Of a DNA stretch of 64,000 nucleotides, positions 11,383-24,743 are shown piece by piece. Source of the DNA: Octopus bimaculoides. Its lineage: Eukaryota. The notes under the pieces are model-generated. The model was given only the letters and a program-made list of their open reading frames with translations. It was not told the origin of the DNA and did not search any database. Position 1 is the stretch's first letter, and every line of letters begins with the position of its first letter. The position numbers and the translations under genes are program-made. Location: the NCBI RefSeq assembly GCF_001194135.2, contig NC_068983.1, positions 76,937,653 to 77,001,652 on the forward strand, written 5' to 3'.

Positions 11383-12053
11383 NNNNNNNNNNNNNNNNNN
11401 NNNNNNNNNNNNNNNNNNNNNNNNNNNNNNNNNNNNNNNNNNNNNNNNNNNNNNNNNNNNNNNNNNNNNNNNNNNNNNNNNNNNNNNNNNNNNNNNNNNN
11501 NNNNNNNNNNNNNNNNNNNNNNNNNNNNNNNNNNNNNNNNNNNNNNNNNNNNNNNNNNNNNNNNNNNNNNNNNNNNNNNNNNNNNNNNNNNNNNNNNNNN
11601 NNNNNNNNNNNNNNNNNNNNNNNNNNNNNNNNNNNNNNNNNNNNNNNNNNNNNNNNNNNNNNNNNNNNNNNNNNNNNNNNNNNNNNNNNNNNNNNNNNNN
11701 NNNNNNNNNNNNNNNNNNNNNNNNNNNNNNNNNNNNNNNNNNNNNNNNNNNNNNNNNNNNNNNNNNNNNNNNNNNNNNNNNNNNNNNNNNNNNNNNNNNN
11801 NNNNNNNNNNNNNNNNNNNNNNNNNNNNNNNNNNNNNNNNNNNNNNNNNNNNNNNNNNNNNNNNNNNNNNNNNNNNNNNNNNNNNNNNNNNNNNNNNNNN
11901 NNNNNNNNNNNNNNNNNNNNNNNNNNNNNNNNNNNNNNNNNNNNNNNNNNNNNNNNNNNNNNNNNNNNNNNNNNNNNNNNNNNNNNNNNNNNNNNNNNNN
12001 NNNNNNNNNNNNNNNNNNNNNNNNNNNNNNNNNNNNNNNNNNNNNNNNNNNNN

Positions 12054-12093
<40 letters not shown>

Positions 12094-12298
12094 GTGTGTG
12101 TGGGTGTGTGGGTGTGTGTGTGTGTGCGTGCGAGAGAGAGAAAGATAGAGACTGTCGCTCGTCACCTCTTTTCAAACGGTGTTGCTGCGTGTACATCTCC
12201 GTAAGCCATGTAGTACTGGTGATGATTCATTTGACAAAATGTACTTCAAGGTGGTGCCCCAGAATGGCCACAGTCTAATGACTGGATCAAGTAAAAGA
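11171..12298 (+). mobile_element. tRNA-derived SINE (family C) with internal microsatellite spanning an assembly gap
   Basis: Head TAGGCGCA...GTTCAGTCCCAGTGCGTGGCAC, GGATTTAGTAGACGGTAACTGAAAGAAG, then (TA)n-gap-(TG)n, tail ATGGCCACAGTCTAATGACTGGATCAAGTAAAAGA; collinear with the reverse complement of 28255-28802. Confidence 0.7.
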
Positions 12299-14469
12299 TG
12301 AAACCGCTAATGTTTAGCATACCGTGTATGAGCTTTGTCAATATGCATATAGAACATTGTAGGAATTGGTTTTATTTAAGATTTCTCTTGAAATTTAAAG
12401 ATGAAATGATTTTAAACATCTTTCAGATTAAGATTTGCTTGTGAGGATAAAAATGAACAGATTCGCTATGTGATGTTTAAAAATATGCCTGTAATTTTGT
12501 TGGTACAAGATGCATTTTGCTTTAAGATGTCAATGGAGAATCTCTCGAGGCTGAAGACAGTGTCAATTCTTTGATTTCTATCTAATCTTATCTTATGTGA
12601 ACTGTTTATATAATATTTTGTATTTTAATTTCAAAATGTGTTTCGTGAGTTACTTTCGATTTTGGATTTTGTGCAGGATCATCGAAATAAACTGGAATAT
12701 AGTTATGGAATACAGAGGTTGTCAGATTTTTCATTTTAAATTATTTATAGTATATTCGGATCAATGAGAAAGACATGGTCATAAGAGAAGTTTGATTGCA
12801 TTTCTAATTAGATTTCTAATTAGTTAATGATGTTCAAATATTTTCAAAGAATATGGAGATAACTTGCATTATTATTAATAAACATTATATACAACAATGG
12901 GTATAAAACATTTATATTTCGTATCTGCTCCACGCTTTAATCAACAATTATATAACTGAGAATAAAAAGAGATAATCAAGTCAGTGTCTCACCCCAAGTG
13001 CCGATAGTTATGCTCGTTTGAAAATGCTGATTGTAAAAGTAATATCCGAATAAAATCTACCTTGTTTCGATTTGTCTTTTCGTTTTTAATTAAAATATTA
13101 GGGAATTTTTTTTTGTCAGCATTATCTTTTATCATAAATAACATCATTGTTCCTCTTTAACCCTGAAATTATTCAGTTATACTTCACACGCAAAATTGAA
13201 ATGAGTTAATATAAATATGTATGTCCCTTTATGTTATGAGATGTGTCAGGAACCAAAGTTAGTAGAAGATCAAAATTCAGTAATCAATTTGATAAGAATA
13301 GATTTGTGCCAATCTGTTATGTGTTCCTCACTTTGGAGCGTCCTACAGGTTGGACCGGAATATATAAGTTAGCTGGTTTCTAACAAATTATATAATTGAG
13401 TATTCATATTACTTTTCTAAAACCAGCTCCAATCTGAATTTAATCTTTAATATATTTACTTCCGTACCTAATATACTGAAACCATAATATTATTTCCCTT
13501 TAACGACACCTTTCAAGTATTTTTTAATAGTTCACATACATTCTATATCTCATGTCTTTATTTGTAAAATTGCAGATACTTGGTTGATAGAATCGAATAA
13601 ATAACTAAAGAAGCACATAACTCCCCTCGCTTTCTTGGGTGTAGTTAGTACTAGTCCACTAGAGAGTAGTGAGAGGAAGACTCGATCACTCGAAAAATAC
13701 ATGTATTGTAAAAATAAAGTGTGAAGCTGGACAAAAGTCAGACTTTCTCTGATCAATAAGACAAAATGTCATTTTATACATTTACTTCAATAAGTTTTCA
13801 AATCACTGTTCATTGATTTTACGCGGACAAGAAGCGTTCTGCTAAATGTCTATCAGTTTACGTTGGTGTGTGTGAAAAGATAGCATGTCTATTGTCTCCT
13901 GGTTCTTCACAGTTTAATTATCACGGACGTTTAAGAATAAGAATATATTATTGAAATCCACTCCCGATACTCAAAATGCGCAATCAGCATTTTATGTTTT
14001 GTGTAAATATGCATACAAAGTTAATGATAACATTGTGACTGTTTTCATTTGTGTAGTTAGAATAGTCTGAACTTGTAAAAACTATGTTTGTATTCAAATG
14101 CATGTTCTTCAAGCAGAGAAATATTTCTGATACAAAAATTATGTTATTTAAAAGCACATTTTGGAGCCGAATGTGAGTCAGTGTTTAGAAATGAGAATTA
14201 GAGATAAATCTACGATCGAAGTTCAGCTGAATAATTCAGTATTAATTTCACGAATTCACAAGGATAAACTCCCTATCCATTCATAAGGCATATATATCAT
14301 AATCCCTAGCAGTGTATTATGTACAACCAGCATGCAGATTTATATAATGCCAAAACACCGTCAGCAATGGTTTTATTTTCAACGCTACAGTTATTGTAGT
14401 TATGAATCAAAGTTATGTCTCTAATACACATCTAACCTAATCTTTTTGCACACAGATACATTTGTTTTT

Positions 14470-14525
<56 letters not shown>

Positions 14526-16040
14526 TATGATATCCAAGATGCAAACAAAAGAATTTCTGATGATTCCGTCATGTGATAATAAATTTGTTTTATAGAGGTG
14601 GAAGAAGGTTTACTTGGGAAAATACATTCTTTAAAAAATTATATTATATTCGCTATTGATATTCCTGCAGCAGTGCACTGAAGTGATCAAATTCTTTCTC
14701 TGGAAAATAATACGTTTCTGCAGAGCAATAAATCATATTACATAGGTCAGAACATAATATTTTGCCATGGAAAAGAGAAGTAGAATCAACTTTGGCCAGA
14801 AGCAATTAGATGTTAACAGATAAATAGAAAGAACCTGCATTTTGACATCATATAACGTAAAGCCTCAAAAGCTTTAGCTTGCATCATACAAGTGTAACAT
14901 GCGATTTGACAAAAGTATACATCACAAATACACTCTTTTCATAGAAGGAAAAAGAAATGGAGATAAAGTGACTGAGTGGCTGAAATTCACTTGTTCTAAG
15001 TTTATACTGCTATGTGTTGTGATAGTCAGTGTTAATAAATATGCGGATTGTATATATAAGAAAGTTGATTAAAATGAACGCCATTCCATGTTCGATACTT
15101 CTAATTTCAGCAGTGCTTTGACCCTGTGCTAAAAGTTTGGCTTGAAATTTAATAGTCAGAAATAGTACAGGAGCCAGCCACCTCGCTAAACTGCTAACAA
15201 TGTAGTAATTATTGTTTCGATTAAGTATTCTGCAAACCAGTTTAACGACACAAACTGTTAATGTGTTCTTGTAGTGCCTTCCACTACTTAACCGAATTTC
15301 AGGCCAGGTATTTCAGTTCAAGATATATTTCAAAATTTCCCATGAGCAGCCTTGTATACCTAGGTAATTGTCGCGAATGTTACAAGTACACCATATGTCT
15401 CAGTTGTGAATAATGAATATTAATATTTAAGCATGAATTCTATAATGATATTCTAACAAACATTAGAGAACGCAACCTGCATAGACTGAATACTGGGAAA
15501 GGCTCTGGTGAACTATATAGGTAAGATGTTTTTAATATTCTTGATATAAATATGCGTACTATCTTTAGTTGTTTTTTGATGTTGGTCACAATAAACAAAT
15601 TGTCCATCCGTTTCCACTTAATTTATTTCTAAGATGATAATTCCCTGTACATTTGCTTGCAAAATGGCTTCTCCACTCTTCGAATACTGGAAACAAATAG
15701 TCCTTATAAAAGTAAATCAAGAAACATTAAATAAGAATAAAAGAGTTAAAATAATATAACCCCATAGACATAATTTGATAAATGGTTCAAAATGGAATTC
15801 GTGAAATGTGTTCATTTTGTTTCTTTCATACGAAGTGATGTGTGGCTAAGGAAAGACAGAAGCAGTACAAATGACCACAGTTATAGTGACATCATATTTT
15901 AATGTCTTAGAAATACCCTCACGTGTAGAAGATCTCATACAATAAAACAGCAAAATATTATGTGCGGTAATAAAAGAAATCATACTTTGACTAATTTTGA
16001 TTTAATGTATTCTTTTAAGCTGCAAGTTCTACATCAGTTA

Positions 16041-16420
16041 TTAGGATGTTCGGAAATTCTAAGCGTTTATTTCAGGATGCTAAATGGGGTATACTTCATG
16101 AAGCGTACTTTTAGAAACTTCCAAATCTTGGGCAATTCTCTAGACGTGATATTTGTGTTTTTCTCTGATTTTCGCCTTTAAAATATCTTCATCCAACAAT
16201 ATTAAATGTCTTCCACTGCGACAGTCATCTTTCAAGCTTAATTCTCCAGCTTTAAATTTTGCAAACCAACTTTGAGCGGTTGATGCACCTACAGCATCAT
16301 CACTATTAACATTGAAAATGTTTTTGCAGACCTGTGCAGCATTTTGGCCTTCTTTTCTCTTAAGAAAGGCATTACAATGCGAAAATAAAAGTTGGGTTTT
16401 TCCAATTCAAATGTCAACAA
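16041..16420 (-). mobile_element. Mariner transposase N-terminal HTH remnant with one TIR
   Basis: KEGQNAAQVCKNIFNVNSDDAVGASTAQSWFAKFKAGELSLKDDCRSGR...IAQDLEVSKSTLHE. TA followed by TTAGGATGTTCGGAAATT (mariner-type TIR) at 16039-16058; catalytic domain absent. Confidence 0.8.
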
Positions 16421-17089
16421 GTATTAACCGGAATGAGTTGGGTTACCAATTATTTTTGTTGGTAGTTAATTTATAATANNNNNNNNNNNNNNNNNNNNTA
16501 TATATATATATATATGTATGTATGTATGTGTGTGTGTGTATGTGTATAAGTGTATATGTTCGCTTTTGTGTGCGTATGCATATATGTGTATTTATATATG
16601 AATGTATATGCATATATATATGTATGTATATGTATGTGTGTGCGTGTACGATTTCCTCATTTTCTTCTACCTCCCTATCGACAGAAGCATCTTATAAGAT
16701 AGGTAGGCTTTCTTTTCTTTTTGAAATTTTAATTTTAATTTTGAAATGTAATTCTTAATCCTTTGTCTCGTATCATTTAATTGCTATTAACCTTGAAATA
16801 TAATTCGAAATATCTGTATTACCCACCACAATATTGTCCTTTGTTACTGAAAATTTAACGTTTGACCTCTCACTCTGATGTAATACTGACGCATATCTAT
16901 CATTACTCTTACTGGTATTTTAATCTTATTTTTATTCTTATTTTTACTCCTTTACCCCTATCCTATCTTTATTCCATTTCACTTCTCGCTCTCTCTTTTT
17001 CCTCTGTCTCCCATATATATGCACTCACAAAACCCATTTATGATAGTTCTATCATTACGTTTACTTTATTTCTCATATCTTATCTTTTA

Positions 17090-18340
17090 TATTTTTCTTC
17101 TGAATTATGTCCTCTGAAAGCAACTTGTCTGTTTCGTGCTTAATAAACTATGCTACTCTAGCACTGCGTCTCTAGAACTGCATTTTGAAGTTATTGCGAT
17201 TGGTTTGTGCTTAGATGTCTTAATGCCTGGAAGTAGTTCATACGCAATGCGTTTGAGGCTTGATGTGGATATGCAAATTCACACAAGTTCGTGTGTGCCC
17301 TTCACAACAATTGTGACTACGGAGTGCTCACTGGGGATATAGATTCTGATGATGATTGGGGCTACGAAGAGGTCGGCCACGAGAGAATTAATCTTATAAG
17401 TGTTATTTCCCAGTTTGCTACTGAAATTGTCTTCAATTTTCATTACTGAGTTGTGGGCTAGTCTAAATTGTTTCTGGGTTGGTATGATCGCATTGTAATC
17501 TCCCATCTGCAAGAAGCTTCGCTTCTCTAACTTTCCTGTCAGCAACCCTCTCTTGAAGGGCCTATTCATTATTGTCCTAAATATTAACGGGTACTAGACG
17601 CCCTGTTCCGTTTTTGTGACTGTTAAAAGGCTCCATTACAACTGCTATTTTTGGTGGGTTTTGTTTGTTTCTTGGTTACTTTTTAAAAAGCCAGACCTTC
17701 CAGTGGCCTTTCTTGTGACACCTTCTGCAAGTAGAGTTCGTCGTTGGGCGTTGAATTTCTTATGGATGTCTCCAATGCACCAGAAGCATGCCGATCTCGC
17801 GACTGCAAAAAGGAGTGATTGATCGCTACTGGCTGGGTCTTGCCATAGGCGGCTAATGTTCTCAGTAGCCATCTCCATGATTTGAGCAAGCTTTAGAGCG
17901 TCTCTAAGATATCGTCCGATGACTCGAGTAGTTTTTGCCTAATTGATTGTGAGTTAAGCCCAGTATTAACGGTCTGCAATTAGGGCAGACCATTAATAAT
18001 GATGCGTCATTATGGCTGAACCTTTCTTGATAAAATTACAGTTCTATTTCTACTTATAATGTTTCTGATTCTTCGACAATGGAGTAGATTATTGCTCCGC
18101 AGTGGACGAAGTGTAATTTAAGTTTGATTCATATGGAACTTTTGCTTTTGCTATGTAGATTTATAGCACTCATTTCCAGTAAATATAATCTTGCTCAGTT
18201 GGGCCATATAGTGGAGTCACGTGAACGCATTGGCATTTACTTAGACATAGTTTGAATAAAATTGTGGTAAACCATTTCAAAAGAAGGCTTTTATTCAAAC
18301 ATTTTTCAACTCGCTGTCTGATCTGTTAAACATGGTTTCC
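17090..18340 (-). mobile_element. Decayed Ty3/Gypsy gag-protease-RT start
   Basis: GLNSQSIRQKLLES..LRDALKLAQIMEMA (gag), CFWCIGDIH...STCRRCHKKGHW (zinc knuckle, frameshifted), decayed protease, KPIAIT...FIKHETDKLLSEDII (RT N-terminus). Truncated near 17090. Confidence 0.8.
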
Positions 18341-18499
18341 CAAGAAAAAGGATGGGTTGTTTTATATGAGGTAAAGGTAGTATCCATCCACCAACCTCAC
18401 TCGACATTGTGCCTCATTTTCCTACTCGATACAATACATGATTTCTATGTTTTTATTTGCTAATTCCTATTGTAGTAAGGGATTAATGATAGAATATTA

Positions 18500-19225
18500 C
18501 ACAGGGTGGGGCAGTGAAAAATTCACAAAATCATTAATTTTAGATGCAAACAAATTTTATTGACATCAATGTGTTCGTATTGAAATAGCATTTCTTGAAA
18601 TCAAGTGTGCAAAGCAACATCCATCATGTGGTGTCCGTTTTTATTGATGCATGTCTGAAGGCGTTCTTGCAAGTTAACCTCAACTCTCTCCGGCATTGCT
18701 CTGTGCATAGTCCCATTGTTCAAACTATGGCCCAATGACCAATTTGTATGGGTGGAAATGCAGGTCTTCATGCAAAATACGACTTACCGATGTATTACCG
18801 ATGCCAAATTGAATGGAATGCAACCGAGTAGAGTGATTCGGACTCCGTATCAAAACTTCTGTGAGGTGTTCCACATTTTCTGAAGTCCATACCGTTCGTG
18901 GCACCCCCACTGGTCTCCCATTCATTAGAGTACCTCTTGTACTAATTGTATTCATCCAACGTAAGATTGTGTTCCTGGTGGGAACAGCATGATTTCGGTG
19001 AATGTTGAAGAAACTGACACTGCACTGCTGTGACAGACTCGTTATTCTTTAGGTAACTTGTGTAGGCAAACACACGATGCTCTATTGTCCACAGTGGCTC
19101 CAGTTAAAAGGAAAAATATTCTAAGACACCACAGACGGAATGGTACCTTTAGGGCATATTTCCCTCCTCCTGGTGCTCAGTAAAACCTATTTCAAAAACG
19201 TCCATCCTCTGTGCCCCACTCTGTA
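18500..19225 (-). mobile_element. Internally deleted Tc1/mariner-superfamily element with both termini
   Basis: Ends CAGGGTGGGGCA (about 18502) and TGCCCCACTCTG-TA (19225). N-terminal HTH region (TIEHRVFAY...PTRNTILRW...ILHEDLHFHPYKL) joined directly to the C-terminus (LQERLQTCINKNGHH); DDD core deleted. Confidence 0.85.
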
Positions 19226-19234
19226 GTTCATAAC

Positions 19235-19305
19235 ATCTATCTATCTATCTATCTATCTATCATCTATCTATCTATCTATCTATCCATCCAGCCATCCATC
19301 CATCC

Positions 19306-19375
<70 letters not shown>

Positions 19376-19392
19376 TTATCTATCTATCTATC
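19235..19392. repeat. (TATC)n/(CATC)n tetranucleotide microsatellite
   Basis: Directly visible. Confidence 0.95.
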
Positions 19393-19428
19393 ACAAATAA
19401 AAAGGTGATGTTTTCTCTCCGAACGCAC

Positions 19429-19606
19429 GAACGCAGAGTTGCCGTTACAACAGGAGGAATATTGAGTAAATTACACTTACAAGGTGCAAAAATTGGTCAG
19501 CAACTAGCTATTAGACTCGAATCCATATCCCTCAAACACTCCGGCTCAGTGCATGTAAGGGAAACTTATCCAGCATTTCTGGTGTTGTAACGGCAACTCT
19601 GCGTTC
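19429..19606. mobile_element. MITE-like 178-bp element with perfect 24-bp inverted termini
   Basis: GAACGCAGAGTTGCCGTTACAACA (19429-19452) and its exact reverse complement (19583-19606). Confidence 0.7.
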
Positions 19607-19711
19607 AGAAAAAGATATCTTCTTAATTGTAAAGTAGAATACCAGTTTTCTACGCTTCTAAAGACAGAATGATTACTTTGATTACATTTACACACACACA
19701 CACGCATATAC

Positions 19712-19763
<52 letters not shown>

Positions 19764-21624
19764 TAAGGTTTTTAAACTTTTAAATTTTCATATTCAAAAG
19801 AGACAGAGACTTCAAATTNNNNNNNNNNNNNNNNNNNNNNNNNNNNNNNNNNNNNNNNNNNNNNNNNNNNNNNNNNNNNNNNNNNNNNNNNNNNNNNNNN
19901 NNNNNNNNNNNNNNNNNNNNNNNNNNNNNNNNNNNNNNNNNNNNNNNNNNNNNNNNNNNNNNNNNNNNNNNNNNNNNNNNNNNNNNNNNNNNNNNNNNNN
20001 NNNNNNNNNNNNNNNNNNNNNNNNNNNNNNNNNNNNNNNNNNNNNNNNNNNNNNNNNNNNNNNNNNNNNNNNNNNNNNNNNNNNNNNNNNNNNNNNNNNN
20101 NNNNNNNNNNNNNNNNNNNNNNNNNNNNNNNNNNNNNNNNNNNNNNNNNNNNNNNNNNNNNNNNNNNNNNNNNNNNNNNNNNNNNNNNNNNNNNNNNNNN
20201 NNNNNNNNNNNNNNNNNNNNNNNNNNNNNNNNNNNNNNNNNNNNNNNNNNNNNNNNNNNNNNNNNNNNNNNNNNNNNNNNNNNNNNNNNNNNNNNNNNNN
20301 NNNNNNNNNNNNNNNNNNNNNNNNNNNNNNNNNNNNNNNNNNNNNNNNNNNNNNNNNNNNNNNNNNNNNNNNNNNNNNNNNNNNNNNNNNNNNNNNNNNN
20401 NNNNNNNNNNNNNNNNNNNNNNNNNNNNNNNNNNNNNNNNNNNNNNNNNNNNNNNNNNNNNNNNNNNNNNNNNNNNNNNNNNNNNNNNNNNNNNNNNNNN
20501 NNNNNNNNNNNNNNNNNNNNNNNNNNNNNNNNNNNNNNNNNNNNNNNNNNNNNNNNNNNNNNNNNNNNNNNNNNNNNNNNNNNNNNNNNNNNNNNNNNNN
20601 NNNNNNNNNNNNNNNNNNNNNNNNNNNNNNNNNNNNNNNNNNNNNNNNNNNNNNNNNNNNNNNNNNNNNNNNNNNNNNNNNNNNNNNNNNNNNNNNNNNN
20701 NNNNNNNNNNNNNNNNNNNNNNNNNNNNNNNNNNNNNNNNNNNNNNNNNNNNNNNNNNNNNNNNNNNNNNNNNNNNNNNNNNNNNNNNNNNNNNNNNNNN
20801 NNNNNNNNNNNNNTATATATATATATATATATGAAGAAACGAAGCAGTGACACCAACAAACTTGTACAAGGGAAATGCATTGAAAGCTTTTACTGCAAAG
20901 CATTTAAGAATATTTGGACCTCCATGAAGTATAAACTTCAATAGACAGCAGAAAAACTGTTTTTAGCTAGTTTAGGAATAAGTGAAAAAGTTTCATTTTC
21001 TTATAAAGCGGCTGCAATATTCCCAAAAGAACTGGGCTTCAAAAAACAATACTAATGTATTACGAACAGAAATAATCAAACAGAAAGCATATCCATATAA
21101 CTATCTTCTATGAATACATGCATGACAAACATTTGTGAGTGAATAATTTAGTGCTGAAGGCGAATATGTTTATTTTACTAAAATGCATTGAAAGCCATAG
21201 TAAAATATAATCGAAATAAAGGAAAATACGCGTATTACAAAATATATTTATATTGTAATAGACTATTTAAATAGATATTGAATTGAAACATTTAAAAACA
21301 AATTCCATTCTATAATTTCTGTAATAATAAACACAAATGAAAACATGCTCAAGGATATAATCACGAAGGAACATCAAAGAGTTAGCAGTTTAGGATGTAA
21401 TATTTAATTTAATAATTCCTCTCTGAATATGTTTCTTGTGTCTTTCTTTTTCTAAAATCAGTTACCTCGCTTGTACTTATTATCTATGCGTAGATTCAAA
21501 TTGTGTTCATTTCTTGTTGAATCTAGTTAAAGAAAACTGGTGACACACTACTTTGCGAGACAGAAAAGAGATTAATATACAATGTTATTTGTAGTTTAAG
21601 AAAATTAATAGATCGTCGAACAAA

Positions 21625-21798
21625 ATGTTTTGAGGCATTTACTTCGGCGATTTATATTAGAGATCAAATCCCGCTACTGCCGGCTTGTTATTTCTCCCTT
21701 ATATAATCGATAAAATAAACAGTCAAATCTTGAGGTCGATACTATTGACGATCTCCTTCCATAATTTTCAGACCTGGCTCGTAATTTAGAAAGCAATA
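21625..21798 (+). mobile_element. Highly diverged SINE family B copy
   Basis: Collinear degraded matches (GATCAAATCCCGC, TCGATAAAATAAA, GAGGTCGAT, ATTTAGAAAGCAAT) to family B. Confidence 0.5.
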
Positions 21799-24743
21799 TG
21801 AGAATCTGACTTTATAATACAGAACATGTATTTATCGCTACGTAGATAAAAGTATAATATCCGTAAGATTATAGCAAATAATTAAACTTACATGGCACCC
21901 ACAGAGAAAACATGGAAAGTAACACTAAACATTCGTGTTATGAATTAAATATGCAATATGATATGTTATCTATGGCGGTATTAAATATGACGAAATATCC
22001 CAGAAGTAGTCATCAGTATATAAAATAACATTCAATTCAGGTGAATATAGAGAACTACATTCTCTACTTTATTTACATGGTTAGGGAAGAAACATGTTCA
22101 TTGTTTGTGAATTATAAACAAAATATATCTTGGTTTATTAAGCATCACCAGAACAATCCAATCAATCAGATTTGTGAAGTAGTGGACAACACAGCCGTTG
22201 AAACAAAAGCTAGCCACAGTAGTGAATTTCATTCTATATCTGTGCAATTAGCACTGCATTGATGACAGATAGCACTAGCAATAACATAAGCTCGCAAACA
22301 AAAACATAACATCTTTCTTAAATGAAACAACAATATGAATTAGGTTCTAATATTGAACAGTGATAACTTTAGCAGAGCAATATGCCGTGTAATGCATAAT
22401 AGTCCAATAAGTATAGAATAAAGATAATATGTTCACCTGAGTTTAAATGATATGCATGCATACATACTTACGCAATTCATATTACGCAACTGGAAAATTA
22501 TTCTGAAGATTCCCCGGGTACTTCAAAATTTAAACACCCGGAGATTTATATAGACACAAAAATTCGTATAGAACGCATATGGATGGCGAATATAATCATG
22601 CTGTTAGAGATATATCAGTATGCTTTATGTCTTATTTGGTTTATTTCCGTTATTTTCCTATACATAATAGTACAAATAAGTACCAGTAATATATTGTTTG
22701 CCAGTCAGTTTACTATAGTCAGTTTACTATGCTACACACTGAACAACTCATCACGCACAAACATACACAAACACTTACACGATAACCGAAGAGAGTATCG
22801 CCTACACGTATACCCTTACGTAAGAGTAGAGACAATAGGGAAAATAATTATTTATTACGTCAGTTTACGAAGCCAGAAAATAGGCATCTCTAATTTATTT
22901 CACAGTTGCGTGGTTGGTGTTAGATAAAGCAACTGGATGGAAAATACGTTCCCCAATAACATATCTAAATATGTTAAGGCTTGAATTTACAGACTTGTTC
23001 AATGGTGCATGAAAAGACGCAATAAATGTGAAAATGAATGAAAATGCGAAAGAGAAATATGTGTAGAATGGATAAATAATATTTTCACGGGAAACAAGAA
23101 AATCATCATGAACTTCATCATTATCATCGGCGTCATAGTTGCGATTTTCATTGTTATCATCCTCATCATTCTTATTGGATTTTCTCTATAATTCCCTCTG
23201 CTGACTGAGGATAACAACAGCGTCTCTCCCCAGTTATCGGTAACATGTCAAATCAGCCATCATGAATAAACAAATCTATATCTCACTGACATCTAAACTT
23301 TACCAAAACCATAAAATAAAATAAAGGAATACAAGATAAATAAGACCGTTAACTTTGCTACTGCTGATGCAACTACTAACGTACGTATTACTATTAGCTC
23401 TACTACTAATAATGTTAATATTAAGAAGAAGAAGAGCAATAAAACACACCCAATAAAAGTAAAGAAAAATAGGAGTAAAAATAGTGTTAAGAGAAATTCA
23501 ACAAAGGCATCAAACGTACACTGTAGCAAGGTGAAACACAACATTTCTAGTATAAACGGAATAAGTGGACCGAAAACAACGATTAGTAATAGCTAACTTG
23601 TACGAACCATTATCAGGAATACAAACGGATGAAAAATACAAATGAAATAAGGAGAACAGGAGGATATTGAATGAAACCAGATGTTACCACATTACTAGTA
23701 TGCAAAATAAATTATCTGTTAGGCTTCTGTTGGGAAGAGATGAATTGTTACTTTAATCCTTTCAGAAAACTCCACTACAAACTAAATTGCTTTTTATGAC
23801 TGGGTTTGTTGCTACTATGCAGATATAAAAACCAAATACTTGTCAGGAAAAGAATGTATTGCAAACATCTTTCCCACAGGCAAAATTATACTTATAACTA
23901 AATGAAGTCTTGGCAATTTGAAGCGATGCCAATAGTTACATTGTGCAATACAGACAAATGGAAGTGAGTTTAATACAAGGGCTACTGTGCCGGAAATATA
24001 GTTAGGTTTGTTTGTTTTGTATCTATATACTCTGATTTCAAATCATGCACACGTTAGCTGTGCATATCTTCTTGAAACCAGAACAGCATCATGAAATTCA
24101 TGCAGTTCCTCTTTTTAGGTTGATACGGTAAAATACCCTACAATTGTCAAAATTATGGACAAAAACTGTTCTCTCGACAATTGTTCTTGTGATTAAATTA
24201 AAAGTCATACTACGATGTAAACCTGTTGATGAACTGAACAATTTAGGGGATTCTCTAAGCTGACCCATATCTCGTAAAAGAGCAGTAAATGATCACTAAT
24301 GTTTCTGTGATAAGAAAATGACTTACTAAAAATTATGGTCTTGAGGACACAATTTCCAGAAAATTGTTGATAACAAATTCTTTTGATAATACATTTTCTC
24401 AGTCACCGTTCACACAAAATGAGAGAGAATTAGATAACAGCGCGGTTAAACAATACTACGCACATCTTCAGATACGGCAGATGTAGAAATAAATATGGCA
24501 AATGCATTCTGTTATTTCGGTGAAATATGGCAACAGTGAAAAAGGACAAATCAAAGTCACGTGGCATATATCAAGAGGTATTTATATTCGTTTCAAAAGT
24601 ACTGAGCTGGTTGTAAGTTTAGGATACCACTTAGATTTCTTGTCACACAACGCACCAAAGGCAGTAGTCCATAAGATTTATATGTGGTGAATTTTCACAT
24701 CGTATGTTTAATGTAAATATTGCCTACCATAATCCTCCAGTTA

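Noticed and set aside
17616-17822. LLFKKPD motif suggesting an ionotropic receptor exon
   Set aside because: It is the antisense of a Gypsy gag zinc-knuckle region.
22999-23544. Met/Asp-rich and hydrophobic ORFs
   Set aside because: Derived from degenerate (GAT)n, (ACT)n and A-rich tracts.
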